Assembly (NCBI RefSeq): GCF_009914755.1
Contig: NC_060927.1
Length of the DNA: 64,000 nt
Source: the human T2T-CHM13v2.0 reference genome, Homo sapiens
Reading direction: 5' to 3' (one strand)
The translations under genes and the position numbers were made by a program. Of the stretch, positions 27,870-43,864 are shown in pieces. The notes under the pieces were generated by a model. The model was not told where the DNA came from. It did no database searches and saw only the letters and a program-made list of their open reading frames with translations. Each line of letters starts with the position of its first letter. Position 1 is the first letter of the stretch.

Positions 27870-28060
27870 TTCTAGATCTTTTCCCAAGCCTTTATATACA
27901 TGTATATTTATACATATATCTTGCTAACTGTTGGCTTTTTAAATTTTTACATAAAGAATAATACGTCTTACATTTTATTCTATAATTTCATTTTCTACTT
28001 TAAAATATACCTTGGACATCTTTCTGTCTCAGTACAAATGGATCTAACTCATTCTTTTTT

Positions 28061-29795
28061 GTAACTTGATCCCAAGCACAAGCCCACGAAGGCGGGGGGG
28101 ACCAAAACAGACCGAAATGAGACAACAACCCATTCATCATAAAAAGATGAATGGGCAGCTTCACACACAAACACACGCGCGCACACACACACACACACAG
28201 ATGAAATTTTAGACAGGCAAATTTCACGTGGTCATTTCTGTTTCTTTTTAAATACAGGTTTGTGGGGTGGTATTTTTTTTTCCAGCTATAAAAAAGGCCC
28301 AAAAGTGCATGTGTGAGGGGGGGAAGGCAGAAATTAAGCAATAAAGTAGTTTTCCCTGGAGGGACATGAGTGGGAGAAAACAGGAGGCAGTGCTGGGAGA
28401 ATGTACTTTGCTCACCACTAGGCTTCTTGTTATTCTTATTATTGGTCCACAAAAGTTATATTCACATTCTAGCTTTGATGCATCTTTCCTGGGATTATAC
28501 GGGCTGAAAGACCTCTGTGAACTGTAGGGTAGACCAGGGGCTCAGCCCAGCACAGCACAACCCAGCCCTCGGGGCTCTGTGCTCTTCTAGGGGTGGATGG
28601 TTCTAGTAAGGAATGGATGCCCAGCAGCCCCTGGGTCCCTCAGCACCAGTGTACCGTCCCTCCCCTCTCTGGGATTGTGTAAGAAAACGGCTCCTATTTT
28701 TAGGACAGGAAGAGTAGAGGGAGGGCCTGCAGCAAGATTCCATGACTGGCTCCCCTTGTCTGGGAAGGAGAATTAAGCTGAGTGACAACAGGCTGCTTCT
28801 TGCTACTCCTCCCCACAACTCACCACTCTCCCAAACTCAGGTCCTCTAAGGGGATGTGTCCCTGACCTTTGGTCCCCAAATCCACATTGTGCTTTGAGAT
28901 CAAGAGGAAACAGAATGCACCAGTGCCACTCAAGACTCCCAAGAGATTCTCTGCCTCACCCAGTCCCTAAATCACCCAATATAAGATATTCCACTTGCCT
29001 CCACCTAGGCTGGGGCCAGAAGGGAAAAGGGATGGGCCAGGCAGGGCCTCCTCACCCACAGTCTTTTCCTCTACCTCTGATTTGGGGCAAATATCCCCAA
29101 ATCAATTAACAAGCAGTTGACAAAAACACCCATGATGACTGATAGTTGAACAGGCCAACACCTTCAAGTCCTGCCCCTCACATGTGGGTACAAGTGTGCA
29201 AAGGGACAAGAGGCCAATGGTGGGGCCTGGCTGGGCTCAGGGTGAAGATGGATGGGGACTCCCAGGGGGTGGCAAGAAATCAAGTGAGGCCAGGGTTGTC
29301 ACAGCCACCCATGAGCAGAGAGCAGGAACTGGATATAGTACCATCTTTCCCTCCCCATCCTAGAGGCTGTGCTTCCAGTTTTGCAGCCCTGGGACCTTCT
29401 TTCTTGCTTCAAGGGAGCTTTATGTAAGTGAGGGGGAGGTCTAGGGGAAGATCCCCCAGAGTGAGACACCCACAGTGTGGGTGACACAGGGTCCTTCTGG
29501 CACCCTATTCTGCAGCCCCAGACACAGAGATGGGGAAAAATATGCCTGGAGTGACAGAGCTTTCCCCCAGCCCTTAGCCCCAGCAGGCTGCAGACCCAGC
29601 AGCAGCCCCCACCAACTCCACACCAGTCTCTTACCTTCCACCCTGCACACTGCAAAGGGCAGATTGGTGGGCTTCCTCCACTCAGAGATGGGGGAAGGAG
29701 GAACTTCATTCCAAAGAAAACCTAAGGAACTTCTCTCCCCCAGGAGCCCTCCCCTCTCACTGTGGGTTCTGAGGAAACTCTCAGGGGAAGAGTTT
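28061..29795 (-). pseudogene. Probable processed-mRNA fragment (3'UTR only), parent uncertain
   Basis: GC-rich, non-TE-like block with sharp edges between AT-rich L1M sequence; on the minus strand it grades into a U/GU-rich distal-UTR-like end; no credible ORF. Confidence 0.6.
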
Positions 29796-32580
<2,785 letters not shown>

Positions 32581-32644
32581 CAGACAGTGTAAGCAAAATA
32601 ACTGAAAAAATAACTTCCAATACCCATAAATATAACCTTAACAG

Positions 32645-33217
32645 AAAGTAGTTTCTTGAGATGGAATCTACTCCTGCTGAAGATGCTGTGAATATTGTTG
32701 AAATGACAACAAAGGATTTAGAATATTACATTAAATTAGCTGATAAAGCAGCAGCAGGGTTTGAGAGGACTGACTCCAAGTTTGAAAGAAATTCTACAGT
32801 ATCACATGCTACAGAGAAATCTTTTGTGAGAGGAAGAGTGAATTGATGTGGCAAACTTCACTGTTGTCTTATTTTAAGAAATTGCCACAGCCACCTCACC
32901 CTTCAGCAACCACCATGATCAGTCAGCAGCCATCAACACTGAGGCAAAACCTTCCACCAGCAAAAAGATGATGACTCACTGAAGGCTCAGATGGCTGTTA
33001 GCATTTTTTTTGTTTAGCAATAAAGTGTTTTTAAATTAAGGTATGCACACTGTCTTTTAGACATAATACTATTGCACACTTAATAATCTACATATAATGT
33101 AAACATAACTTTCATATGCAGTGGGAAACCAAAAAATTTGTGTGGCCCATTTTATTGCAATATTTGCTTTATTGCAGTGGTCTGGAACAAACCCACAATA
33201 TCTCCAATGTATGCCTG
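32645..33217 (+). mobile_element. Tigger1 (TcMar) 3' portion
   Basis: Transposase C-terminal remnant [23 protein letters not shown]...; terminal ...gtatgcctg followed by TA. Confidence 0.92.
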
Positions 33218-33740
33218 TATTAGTTTTTCTCTGCTGTGTAACAAATTATCACAAACTTAGTGGTTTAAAACCACACAAATGTAACATCATCTCACAATTT
33301 CTGTGGGTTAGGAGTCCAAGCATTGTTCTGCTGGTTCCTTTGCTCAAGGTGTACAATCAAGATGCAGGCCAGGGCTGCAGTCCCTCTGGAGCTTGGTGTC
33401 CTCTTCCAGTATCATTCAGCTCGTTGGCAGAACTCAGTTCCTTGCAGCAGCAGAACTCATAGTGGCTTCTGTCTTTGAGGTCAGAAGGAAAGCATCTGCT
33501 TCAGCTTGAGTCAAGGAGACCTCTGCCTCTGACCTCTAGACCTAGATATGATTAGTTCAAGTTCACCCAAGAGAATCCCCTTTTTGATAAACTCAGAGTC
33601 AACTGATTAGGGACCTTAATTACATCTTTGCTATACAGTGGAACCTATAGGATTGTGGGAGTTTTATTCCATCATGTTTATAAGTCCTACTCACACTCAA
33701 GGGGAGAGAATTATATGGTGTATTATACCAGGGGGTGGAA
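33218..33740 (-). mobile_element. MaLR LTR (MLT1D/E/F-like)
   Basis: tattagttt...gtaacaaattatcacaaacttagtggtttaaaac...tcaactgattagggaccttaattacatct. Confidence 0.75.
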
Positions 33741-33974
33741 ATAATATTTGTTGTCCCTATTTTGTCTCCTCATGTCCTCATTCTGGCTCCCTCTCCCGCC
33801 CCTTCCAAAGTTTCTCTGCCAAAGGTCACTTGAACTCCTAATAACCACACATTAGCATTCCTTCAACCAGGAGGGAAATACAGCTTTTGTCCCTATTCCT
33901 TCAAGGGTAAGTTTGTTTTTTGTTTGTTTTTATTTTGAATTTCACTCTTTTTCTGCTCCCCCCACACCCCCCCT

Positions 33975-34262
33975 TTCTTTTAGACAGAGTCTCATTTTGT
34001 CACCCAGACTGGAGTACAGTGGTGTGATCTCAGCTCACTACAACCTCCACCTCCCTGGTTCAAACGATTCTTGTCTCAGACTCCCAAGTAGCTGGGATTA
34101 CAGGTGTGCATCACCTCACCCAGCTAATTTTTGTATTTTTAGTAGAGAACGGGTTTCACCACGTTGACCAGGCTGGTCTCGAACTCCTGGGCTCAAGTGA
34201 TCTGCCTGCCTCAGCCTCCTAAGGTGCTGGGATTACAGTCGTGAGCTACAGTGTGCCCGGCC
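33975..34262 (-). mobile_element. AluS
   Basis: Full reverse Alu body. Confidence 0.93.
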
Positions 34263-34725
34263 TGCCCCACCTTTTTCTGTAAGTTTTGGATTGTTAATCT
34301 TATTCTAACTCTTTATTATCACCTTTCCCAAGTCATTTTGTTTTAGGTATATCTATTATAAACAATACATATCTAGTTTTGATTTTTTTAAGCCAATTAA
34401 TTTTGAAATGGGTGACTTTCAGGTGAATTTAAGCCATTCACAATTGTTTTGATTACTGATACGTTTGGAGTTCATCTTGTTTTCTCTTTACCATACATTT
34501 TTATTCTTTCTGTTTTCCTATTCTTTTATTGACTTGATTGCATTTTCTTTGATCCATCTTTTCTCCTGTAATAATCTGGAAGAAAAAAACCCTGTTTTTC
34601 TAGTGAGCGTTCTTAAATCATAATACACAATTAAATTTGTATTTGTCTACTAATTGTTAGAAAGATTCACTGTCTATATCCTCACTCTAAGAAGACAATA
34701 ATGTTGCCATGGTTTCACTTTCTGA

Positions 34726-35086
<361 letters not shown>

Positions 35087-36618
35087 GCCCCAGATAATTA
35101 TTAATGTCTTTCTCTCCCTGGCTTTTTTTTTCAACCAGTTGTTATTTACACCCAGCAATAAATTTTACTAGGGAATTTTAGTCACCACTGCTTTTTGGAT
35201 CCTATTTCTTTTTCTTTGATTTTTTTTTCTTCATGTAAGAAAACAGCTTTCAGGACTTTTTTTCACAGAGCACCTGAGGCTGGTAAACTGCATCTCCAAA
35301 AATGTCATCATTTCAATCACACACTTACTTGAGAGTTTGGCAATCTATGTTTAGAACCTTCCAAACCACACCACCTCACCCTGCTGACTAAAATTCTGTG
35401 AGTTTAATTGATGTTACTCTTCACAGTGTGTTTCCTGAAAAGTGCTCCCATTCTCACATCAGTGTTGATCCCTTCAAAGGCTCTCAGAAAACACTTTTCA
35501 TTTGAGTAGGAAATGGATTTTGAACATATGCAAAGAATGCTGACATCCTCCCACCTTTACTACCGCTACTTCCACCTGCACATCTTCAGGGCTGAAAAGG
35601 AAAAGGAGGAGCCATTTTTCAGTCTAAATGGGCTCCCATTTTTACAGCCACATAACTCTACATGCTTAAGGCCAAGTTTTCACATCAAGCAAATTAGGGG
35701 TAATTTTTTGCTTTATAAAAGTTATTCTTTGTTGTGCAAAAGGATTCAATGCAATTTTCTTTTTAATAAGCAAGTTCTCTAGTACATTTCAAATACGATT
35801 CCATTTCCAACAATTCATCTGGCTTTTTTTTAAAAAAAGGAATACATCATTGTATAAAACCTGTAAAACAGGTATGCCTAAAATTTGCTATTTATAGGTT
35901 TTTATGTCTTTGAAGCTCAAGGATGAAATCCTATAAATTCATACAAGATATTAGAGGACCTGCTTATGGTTTCTGGACAGGGAATCTCCCACTGAGTTGT
36001 TCAGATGAAAGAAAGCAAAATAGAGGAAAATCAGAAGCTACGCTGAGACTTTATAATCTATATTCATTCTCTATTTTTGATAATGTCATTTTTGGGGACA
36101 GATATTGTCGTCATTACAGTTTTGCAAAACAATAGCTATAACAGATAATTTAACTTGAACTTCTGGAGCCATCTTCCTTCCTAAAGATTTTCAGGTGAGA
36201 AATCCTTTTGTGCCCACTTAACAACCCAGGAAATCAAGGTCTCAAAGACTGAGGAGCCGCCCAGGGTGACAGATTTATCTAAGTGACCACTGTGGAACAC
36301 ATAGCCAAGGACCTGACATCTATTTGGTGCTCAATAAATAATTGTTAACCAAAGAAGCTGAGTCTTTTTTCCAGCCAGTTTTGTAGACTTTTCACTTTGT
36401 TATGCTGCCTCCCAGCTCATCAGGAAGTACTCATTAGCACAAACTACTAGTGAGGGACTAACTGCATGGCAGGTCGGAAGGTTGGCCTCCTGTTGATGTT
36501 ATTTGTGCATAAAAATGCAACCCACACACACAACTTCTCAATGTGCTCAGGCTGGTCAGTTAAGTTAAATGTCTTTCCCGGGAGTGGTATGGGGGTGACT
36601 TTTCACATATGACCAGAC

Positions 36619-36785
36619 AGTGCTGGCTTCATGACAGCATGCAACCTGTTTTGTTGTGCTCAGAGGGGCTTTGTGCTTGGTTTGATGCTCTGCTTTCTCT
36701 GCTTTAAAATTCTTAATAAGTTTTAAACAAAGGGCTCTGCCTTTTGGTTTTGCCCTGGACCCCATACATGATGTAGCCAACCCTG
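36619..36785. mobile_element. hAT-Tip100 MITE (MER91A-like)
   Basis: cagtgctggcttcatg...cttggtttgatgctctgc...gatgtagccaaccctg; same family as 17874-18040. Confidence 0.6.
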
Positions 36786-37060
36786 TGGACAGAGACCGAT
36801 CTTGGAAAAAAGAAGTTAAGCCATTTTATATGAGTGATACTTACATGGGTAAGATTTTCAAATGTCATATGAAGAAAACTTTTATTGCAAAATACGGAAT
36901 ATTCTCTGTAGTAAGAGAAGAGGGTGAATATTTGTCACAGGGCAACACTCCAGAACCTTTTATCGTCCCACTTTGAATGTGAAAGATTCTTTGGAATTCT
37001 CTAGTCCACCTGCTCTGATTACGGACAGCAGACCTCCCGAAGTGGCCCAAGAAGTCCATG

Positions 37061-37470
37061 CCCATGCAACTGGCTAGGGGCGAATCCCAGGGCTCCTGTG
37101 TTCTCATGCTGCCCATATTGCATCACGGTCTCAGTATCAGAAAGCAGTAGGTCAAAGAATACAGTTTCTGTCCTTTTGATGGGGTAGGCATAGAGATTTT
37201 AAAAAATGATTTTAATAATTGTACTTTATCTTTGCAATAGTACAGCAATATTAGTGAAAGCTAAAACTATCCAAACAGCCAAAGAAATTTGAAGAAAAAA
37301 AAAGAAGTCAGTTTTCACTTGGCCCACATATTTGTGTTTGAGAAGGCAAGTCAATGAGACTGGCAAGGCCCACACAACCTTGCTAAGGGCAGATCCCAGG
37401 GCTCCTGGGTCTTAATGCTGCCCATATTGTATCACGGTCTCAGTAACAGAAAGCGGTAGGTCAAAGCATA
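37061..37470. repeat. Direct repeat, ~100-bp copies at 37061-37161 and 37369-37470
   Basis: atcccagggctcctg...atgctgcccatattg(c/t)atcacggtctcagta(t/a)cagaaagc(a/g)gtaggtcaaag present twice. Confidence 0.95.
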
Positions 37471-37984
37471 TATCAGAATTTCATTGCTTTTTAAGACTGA
37501 ATAATATTCAATTTATGTACATACTACATTTTGTTTATGCACTTTTCCGTTGATGGACATTTGAGTTGTGAATAATGCTGCTATGAACACCCATGTACAG
37601 GTATGTGATTGTTTTAGTCCTTGCTTTCAATTCTTTTGAATATATGCTTAAAGGTGGAATTGCTGCTATTCACTGAGGGCAATATTGTCTTCAGTGACCA
37701 CAAGTGGCCAGATGAAGAGACGACACTTCCTGAGCAAAGCATTGATATTCCTTGGCTATTTTTGTTCCTATCATCATATGGTGGCAAAAAAATATATACC
37801 TTCTAATTGATGCAGCAGGAAACCTGGGTGAAATAGATTCAAGTTGCCCAAAGTAAACAAAACAAAATTGGGATCGGGTAGGGATGAGGAAGGAACTCTT
37901 GACAGTGAGCCATCATAAGCTGCATGGAAACAAACACTTTAGTCATACAGGATAAATACTTCTAAAAAATCAAACCATAAGCTT

Positions 37985-38850
37985 TTTTTTGCATAAATTT
38001 TATTGTGATAAAATATACATAACTTTTTTTTTTTTTACCATTTTAACCATTGTTAAGTTTACAGTTCAGTGGCATCACAACATTCACAGTGTTGTACAGC
38101 TATCACCACTAACCATTTCTGGAACTATTTTTTATCATCCCAAACTGAAACTCTGTACACGTTAAAAAATAACCTCCATACCCTCCTCTCTCCAGTTAGT
38201 GGGCATTTGTTTATTCTAGGTATTTTATATATGTGGAATCATACAATATTTGTCCTTTTGTGTCTGGCTTAATTCACTTAGCATAATGTTTTTAAGGTTC
38301 ATCCACGTTGTAGCATATGTTAGAATTTCATTGCTTTTTAAAAACTGAATAATGTTCAATTTATATACATACTACATTTTGTTTATCCATTCTTCTGTTG
38401 ATGGACATTTGAGTTGTGAATAATCCTGCTATGAACACAGAAATACAAGTATCTAATTGTTTGAGTCCTTGCTTTCAATTATTTTGAGCATATGCCTAGA
38501 GGTGGAATTGCTGCATCATCTGGTAGTTCTCTGTTTAATTTTTCTGAGGAACCACCACAGAGTATTGTTTTCCACGGCAGCTGCACCATTTTACATTTCC
38601 ACCAGCGATGCACAAGGGTTCCAGTTTCTCTACATCCTTGCCACCTCTTATTATTTTTCTGTTTTTGGTTGTTATTGTTTTTTTTGATAATAGCCATTTT
38701 AATGGGTGTGAAGTGGTATCTCATGGTGATTTTGATTTGTATTTCCCTAATGACTAGTGCTGTTGAGCACCTTTTTGTTTGTTTATTGGCCACGTGTATA
38801 ACTTCTTTAGTAAAATGTCCATCCAAGTCCTTTGCCTATTTTTTAATTGT
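37985..38850 (-). mobile_element. L1MB-like 3' end; resumes at 47731-47985
   Basis: ttttattgtgataaaatatacataac...gtgaagtggtatctcat...gtcctttgcctatttttt. Confidence 0.85.
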
Positions 38851-40231
38851 ATACATTTATGGAGTACAAAGTGTTGTTATGATATAGGTATACAATATGG
38901 AATGATTAAATCAAGCAAATTAACATGTCTATCACCTCAAATACTTAATTTTTTGTGGTGTGAACATTTGAAATTTACTGTTAGCAACTTTGAAATATAC
39001 ATCATTATTAACTATAGTCACCATGTTATGCAATGGATCTCAAACAACTTATTCCCCCTGTCTAACTGAAACTTTGTAACCCTTTGACCAACATCTCCCA
39101 ATTCCCCTCACCCTTCACCCTCTGGTAACCTCCATTCTACTCTCTGCTTCTATGAGTCTGATTAATTTAGATTCCACATATAAGTGAGAAAATGTGGTTT
39201 TGTCCTTCTGTGCCTGGCTTACTTCACTTAGCATAATGCCTTTCAGGTTCATCCATGTTGTCATAAAAGACAGAATTTTCTTTTCTTTAAAGGGTGAATA
39301 TTATTCCATTGTGAATATACATCACATTTTCTTTATCCATTCATCGATTGATAGATACTTAGATTTATTCCATATCTTAGCTATTGTGAATATTGTGGCT
39401 GAAATGAACATGAGAGTGCAGATATCTCTTTGACATACTAATTTCAAATCCTTTGGATACATACCCAGAAGTGGGACTGCTGGATCATATGGTAATTCTA
39501 TTTTTAGATTTTCAAGAAAACTCCATACAGTTTTTCATAACAGCTGTACTAATTTACATTCCCACCAACAGTGTACAAGGGTACCTTTTCTCCACCTTCT
39601 CAACAATTATCTTCAGTTTTTTTTATAATAACTGTTCCGACAGGTTTGCGATGATATCTCGTTGTGGTTTTAATTTGCATTTTCCTAATGACTGGTGATA
39701 TTAAACATTTTTTCATATATATGATGACCATTTGTATATCTTCTTTTGAGAAATGTCTATTCAGATCCTTTGCCTATTTTTAAAATCAAGTTATTTGTTT
39801 TCTTGCTGTTGAGTTCCTGATTTATTTTGAATATTAACCTCTTAATAGACATATGGCTTGCAAATATTTTCTCCCAATCCATAGGTGTCTCCTCATACTG
39901 TTGTTTCTGTTGCTATGCAGAAGCTTTTTGGTTTGATGTAATCCTATTTGTTTATTTTTGCTTGTGTTGCCTGTTCTATGTCAAACCTAAAAAATCATTG
40001 CCCAGACTAATGTTGTGTAGCTTTCCCACTATGTACTCTTGTAGTAATTTTATAGTTTCAGGTCTTAAGTTTTTAATCAATTTTGAGTTAACTTGTGTCT
40101 ATGGTATGAGATAGGAGTCCTGCTTTATTCTTTTGCATGTGGATATACAGTTTCCTCAACACCATTATTGAAGAGACGTCCTTGTCCCATTGTGTATTCT
40201 TGGCACCTTTGTTGAAAACCAATTGACCATA

Positions 40232-40731
40232 TTGACTATAGTCACTCTGTTGTGCTATCAAATAGTAGTCTTATTGGTTCTTTCTATTTGTTTGTACCCA
40301 TTAACCATACCCACCTCCCCTCCAGCACCCCCACTACCATTCCCAGCCTCTGGTAACCATCTTTCTACTCTCTATGTCCATGAGTTCACCTGTTTTGATT
40401 TTTAGATCCCACAAACAAGTAAGAACATGTGATGTTTGTCTTTCTCTGCCTGGTATATTTCACTTAATATAATGATCTCTAGTTCCATCCATGCTGTTGC
40501 AAATGACTGGATCTCATTCTTTTTATGGCTGAATAGTACTCCATTGTTTATATGTACCACATTTTCTTTATCCATTCATCTGTTGATGAACCCTTAGGTT
40601 GCTTCCAAACCTTAGCTATTGTAAGCAGTGCTGCAACAAACATAGGAGTGTAGATATCTCTTAGATATACTGATTTCCTTTGTTTTGGGTATATACTCAG
40701 CAGTGGGGTTCTGTGATCATATGGTAGCTCT
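40232..40731 (-). mobile_element. L1MA1/2-like fragment truncated at both ends
   Basis: ttgactatagtcactctgttgtgctatcaaatagtag...gatcatatggtagctct; no poly(A). Confidence 0.7.
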
Positions 40732-41409
40732 ACCATACATGCATGAGTTCATTTCTGACTTTCTATTTTATTCCATTGGTCAGTGTGTCTATTTTTATGC
40801 CAGTATCTTTTTATTTTAATTACTATAGCTTTGTAATACAGTTTAAAACCAGGCAGTACGATGCCTCCGGTTTCATTCTTTTTGTTCAAGATTGTTTTGG
40901 CTATTCGGGGATTTTTTTGTATGGTTCTATATTAATTTTAGGATTTTTTTCCTATTCTTGTGAAAAAATGACATTGGAATTTTGATACAGATTGCCTTGA
41001 ATCTGTAGATTGCTTTGGGTAGTATGGACATTTTAACAATATTAATTCTCCCAATCCATGAACATGGAATTTATTTCCATTTATTTGTGTCTTATTCCAT
41101 TTATTTCATCAGAGTTTAATAGTTTTCAGTGTATAGATCTTTCACCTTCTTAGTTAGAATTCTTCCTAAGTATTTTTTGCAGCTATTATAAATGAAGTAT
41201 TTTCTTAATTTCTTTTTCAGATAATTCATTGTTAATATATAGAAGCACTACTGATTTTGTGTATTGATTTTGTATCCTGTGACTATTCATTTATTAGTTC
41301 TAACAGTTGTTTAGTTGAGTCTTTAGAGGTTTCTATATATGAGATAATGTTGTCAGTAAACAGAGACAGTTTGACTTCATCCTTTCCTATTTGGATGCCT
41401 TTTATTTCT

Positions 41410-42647
41410 TTTTTTTTCCTTTTTTTTAATTTTTATTTTTATTTTAAGTTCCAGGATACATGTGCAGGATGTCCAGGTTTGTTACAATTGTAAATATGTG
41501 CCATAGTGGTTTGTTGCACCTATCAACCCATCACCTAGGTATTAAGCCCAGCATACATTAGCTGTTTTTCCTGATGCTCTCACACTTCCCACTCCACCCT
41601 CTGACAGGCCCCAGTGTGTGTTGTTCCCCTCCCTGTGTCAATGTGTTCTCATTGTTCAACTCCCACTTACAAGTGAGAACATGCTGTGTTTGGTTTTCTG
41701 TTCCTGTGTTAGTTTGCTGAGGATAATGACTTCCGGTTCCATCCATGTCCCTGCAAAGGACATGATGTCATTCCTTTTTATGGCTGCATAGTATTCCATG
41801 GTGTATCTGTACCACATTTTCTTTATCCAGTCTATCACTGATGGGCATTTGGGTTAATTACATGTCTTTGCTATTGTGAATAGTACTGCAATGAACATAC
41901 ACATGCATGTATCTTTGTAATAGAATGATTTATATTCCTGTGGGTATATACCCAGTAATGAGATTGCTGGGTCAAAGAGTACTTCTGGTTCTAGATCTTT
42001 GAGGAATTGCCACACCATCTTCCACAATGGTTGAACTAATTTACATTCTCACCAACAGTGTAAAAGTGTTCCTTTTTCTCCACAACCTTGCCAGCATCTG
42101 TTGTTTCTTGACTTTTTAATAATTACCATTCCGACTGGCACTAGAGGGTATCTCATTGTGGTTTTCATTTGCATTTTTCTAATGATCACTGATGTTGAGA
42201 TTTTTTTCATATGTTTGTTGGCTGCATGAATGTCTTCTTTTGAGAAGCGTCTATTCATGTCCTTTGCCCATTTTTTGATGGAGTTTTTTTTTCTTATAAA
42301 TTTAAGTTCCTTGTAGATTCTGGATATTAGACCTTTGTCAGATGGATAGATTGCAAAAATTTTCCCCCACTCTGTAGGTTGCCTGTCTGCTCTGATGATA
42401 GTTTCTTTTGCTGTGCAGAAGCTCTTTAGTTTAATGAGATCCCATTTGTCAACTTTGGTTTTGCTGCAATTGCTTTTGGCAATTTTGTCATGAAATCTTT
42501 GCCTGTGCCTACGTCCTGAATGGTACTGCCTAGATTTTCTTCTAGGGTTTTTATATTCTTGGGTTTTACATTTAAGTCTTTGATCCATCTTGAGTTATTT
42601 TTCATATAATGTGTAAGAAAGGGGTCCAGTCTCAATTTTCTGCATAT
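41410..42647 (-). mobile_element. 5'-truncated L1PA (older primate subfamily)
   Basis: 3'UTR (cctaggtattaagccc) plus ORF2 C-terminus ([14 protein letters not shown]); degenerate TSD ttggatgccttttatttct / ttgaataccttttctttct. Confidence 0.9.
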
Positions 42648-42727
42648 TGAATACCTTTTCTTTCTCTTGCCTAATTGCTCTGCCTAGGACTTCCAATACT
42701 ATTTTGAATAGAAGTGCTGAGAGTGGG

Positions 42728-43190
42728 TGCTACAGTTTGGATATGGTTTGTCCCTTCCAAAACTCATGTTGAAATCTGGTCCCCAGTATTGCAGTATTGG
42801 GAGGTAGGGCCTAGTGGGAGGTGTTTGAGTCATGAGAATGAATCCCTCATGAATTGATTAATGCCCTCCTGTAGGGGTAAATGAATTCTCACTCTCTTGG
42901 GGATTGGCTAGTTTTCCATGACAGGAAGTTGTTAAAAAGGAGTCTGGATCTTGGTTTTTCTCTCTTGCTTTCTTCCTCGCCATGTGATATCTTTGCACAT
43001 GTCTGCTTGCCTTCCACTTTCTGTCATGAGTGGAAGCAGCATATGGCCCTCATCAGAAGCTGAGCAGATGCTGGCACAATGCTTCTTGTACTTCCCAGCC
43101 TGCAGAACCATGAGCTAAATAAACCTGTTTTCTTCATAAATTACCCAGCCTCAGGTATTTTGTTATAGCAATACAAAACAGACTAAGCCA
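42728..43190 (+). mobile_element. MST-family MaLR solo LTR
   Basis: TG...CA termini; aataaa signal; exact 5-bp TSD gtggg at 42723-42727 and 43191-43195. Confidence 0.92.
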
Positions 43191-43516
43191 GTGGGAATGC
43201 TTGTGTTGTTCCTGATCTTAAAGGAAAAGCTCAACTTTTTATCATTGAGTATAATGTTAGCTGTAGGCTTGTCATATATGGACTTTATTGTGTTAAGGCA
43301 CATTCCTTTTATAATCTTTTGGGTTTTTATCATAAAAGGATGTTGAAATTTTTAAGTTGTTTTTCTATATCTAATAAGATGATCACATGATTATTGTCCT
43401 TCATTCTGTTAATGTGATGTATTGCATTTATTGATTTCCATATGTCAAATTATCCTTGCATCCCAGGGAAATCTTCCACTTGATCATGGTGAATGATCCT
43501 TTCATTGAGCTGTTGA

Positions 43517-43864
<348 letters not shown>

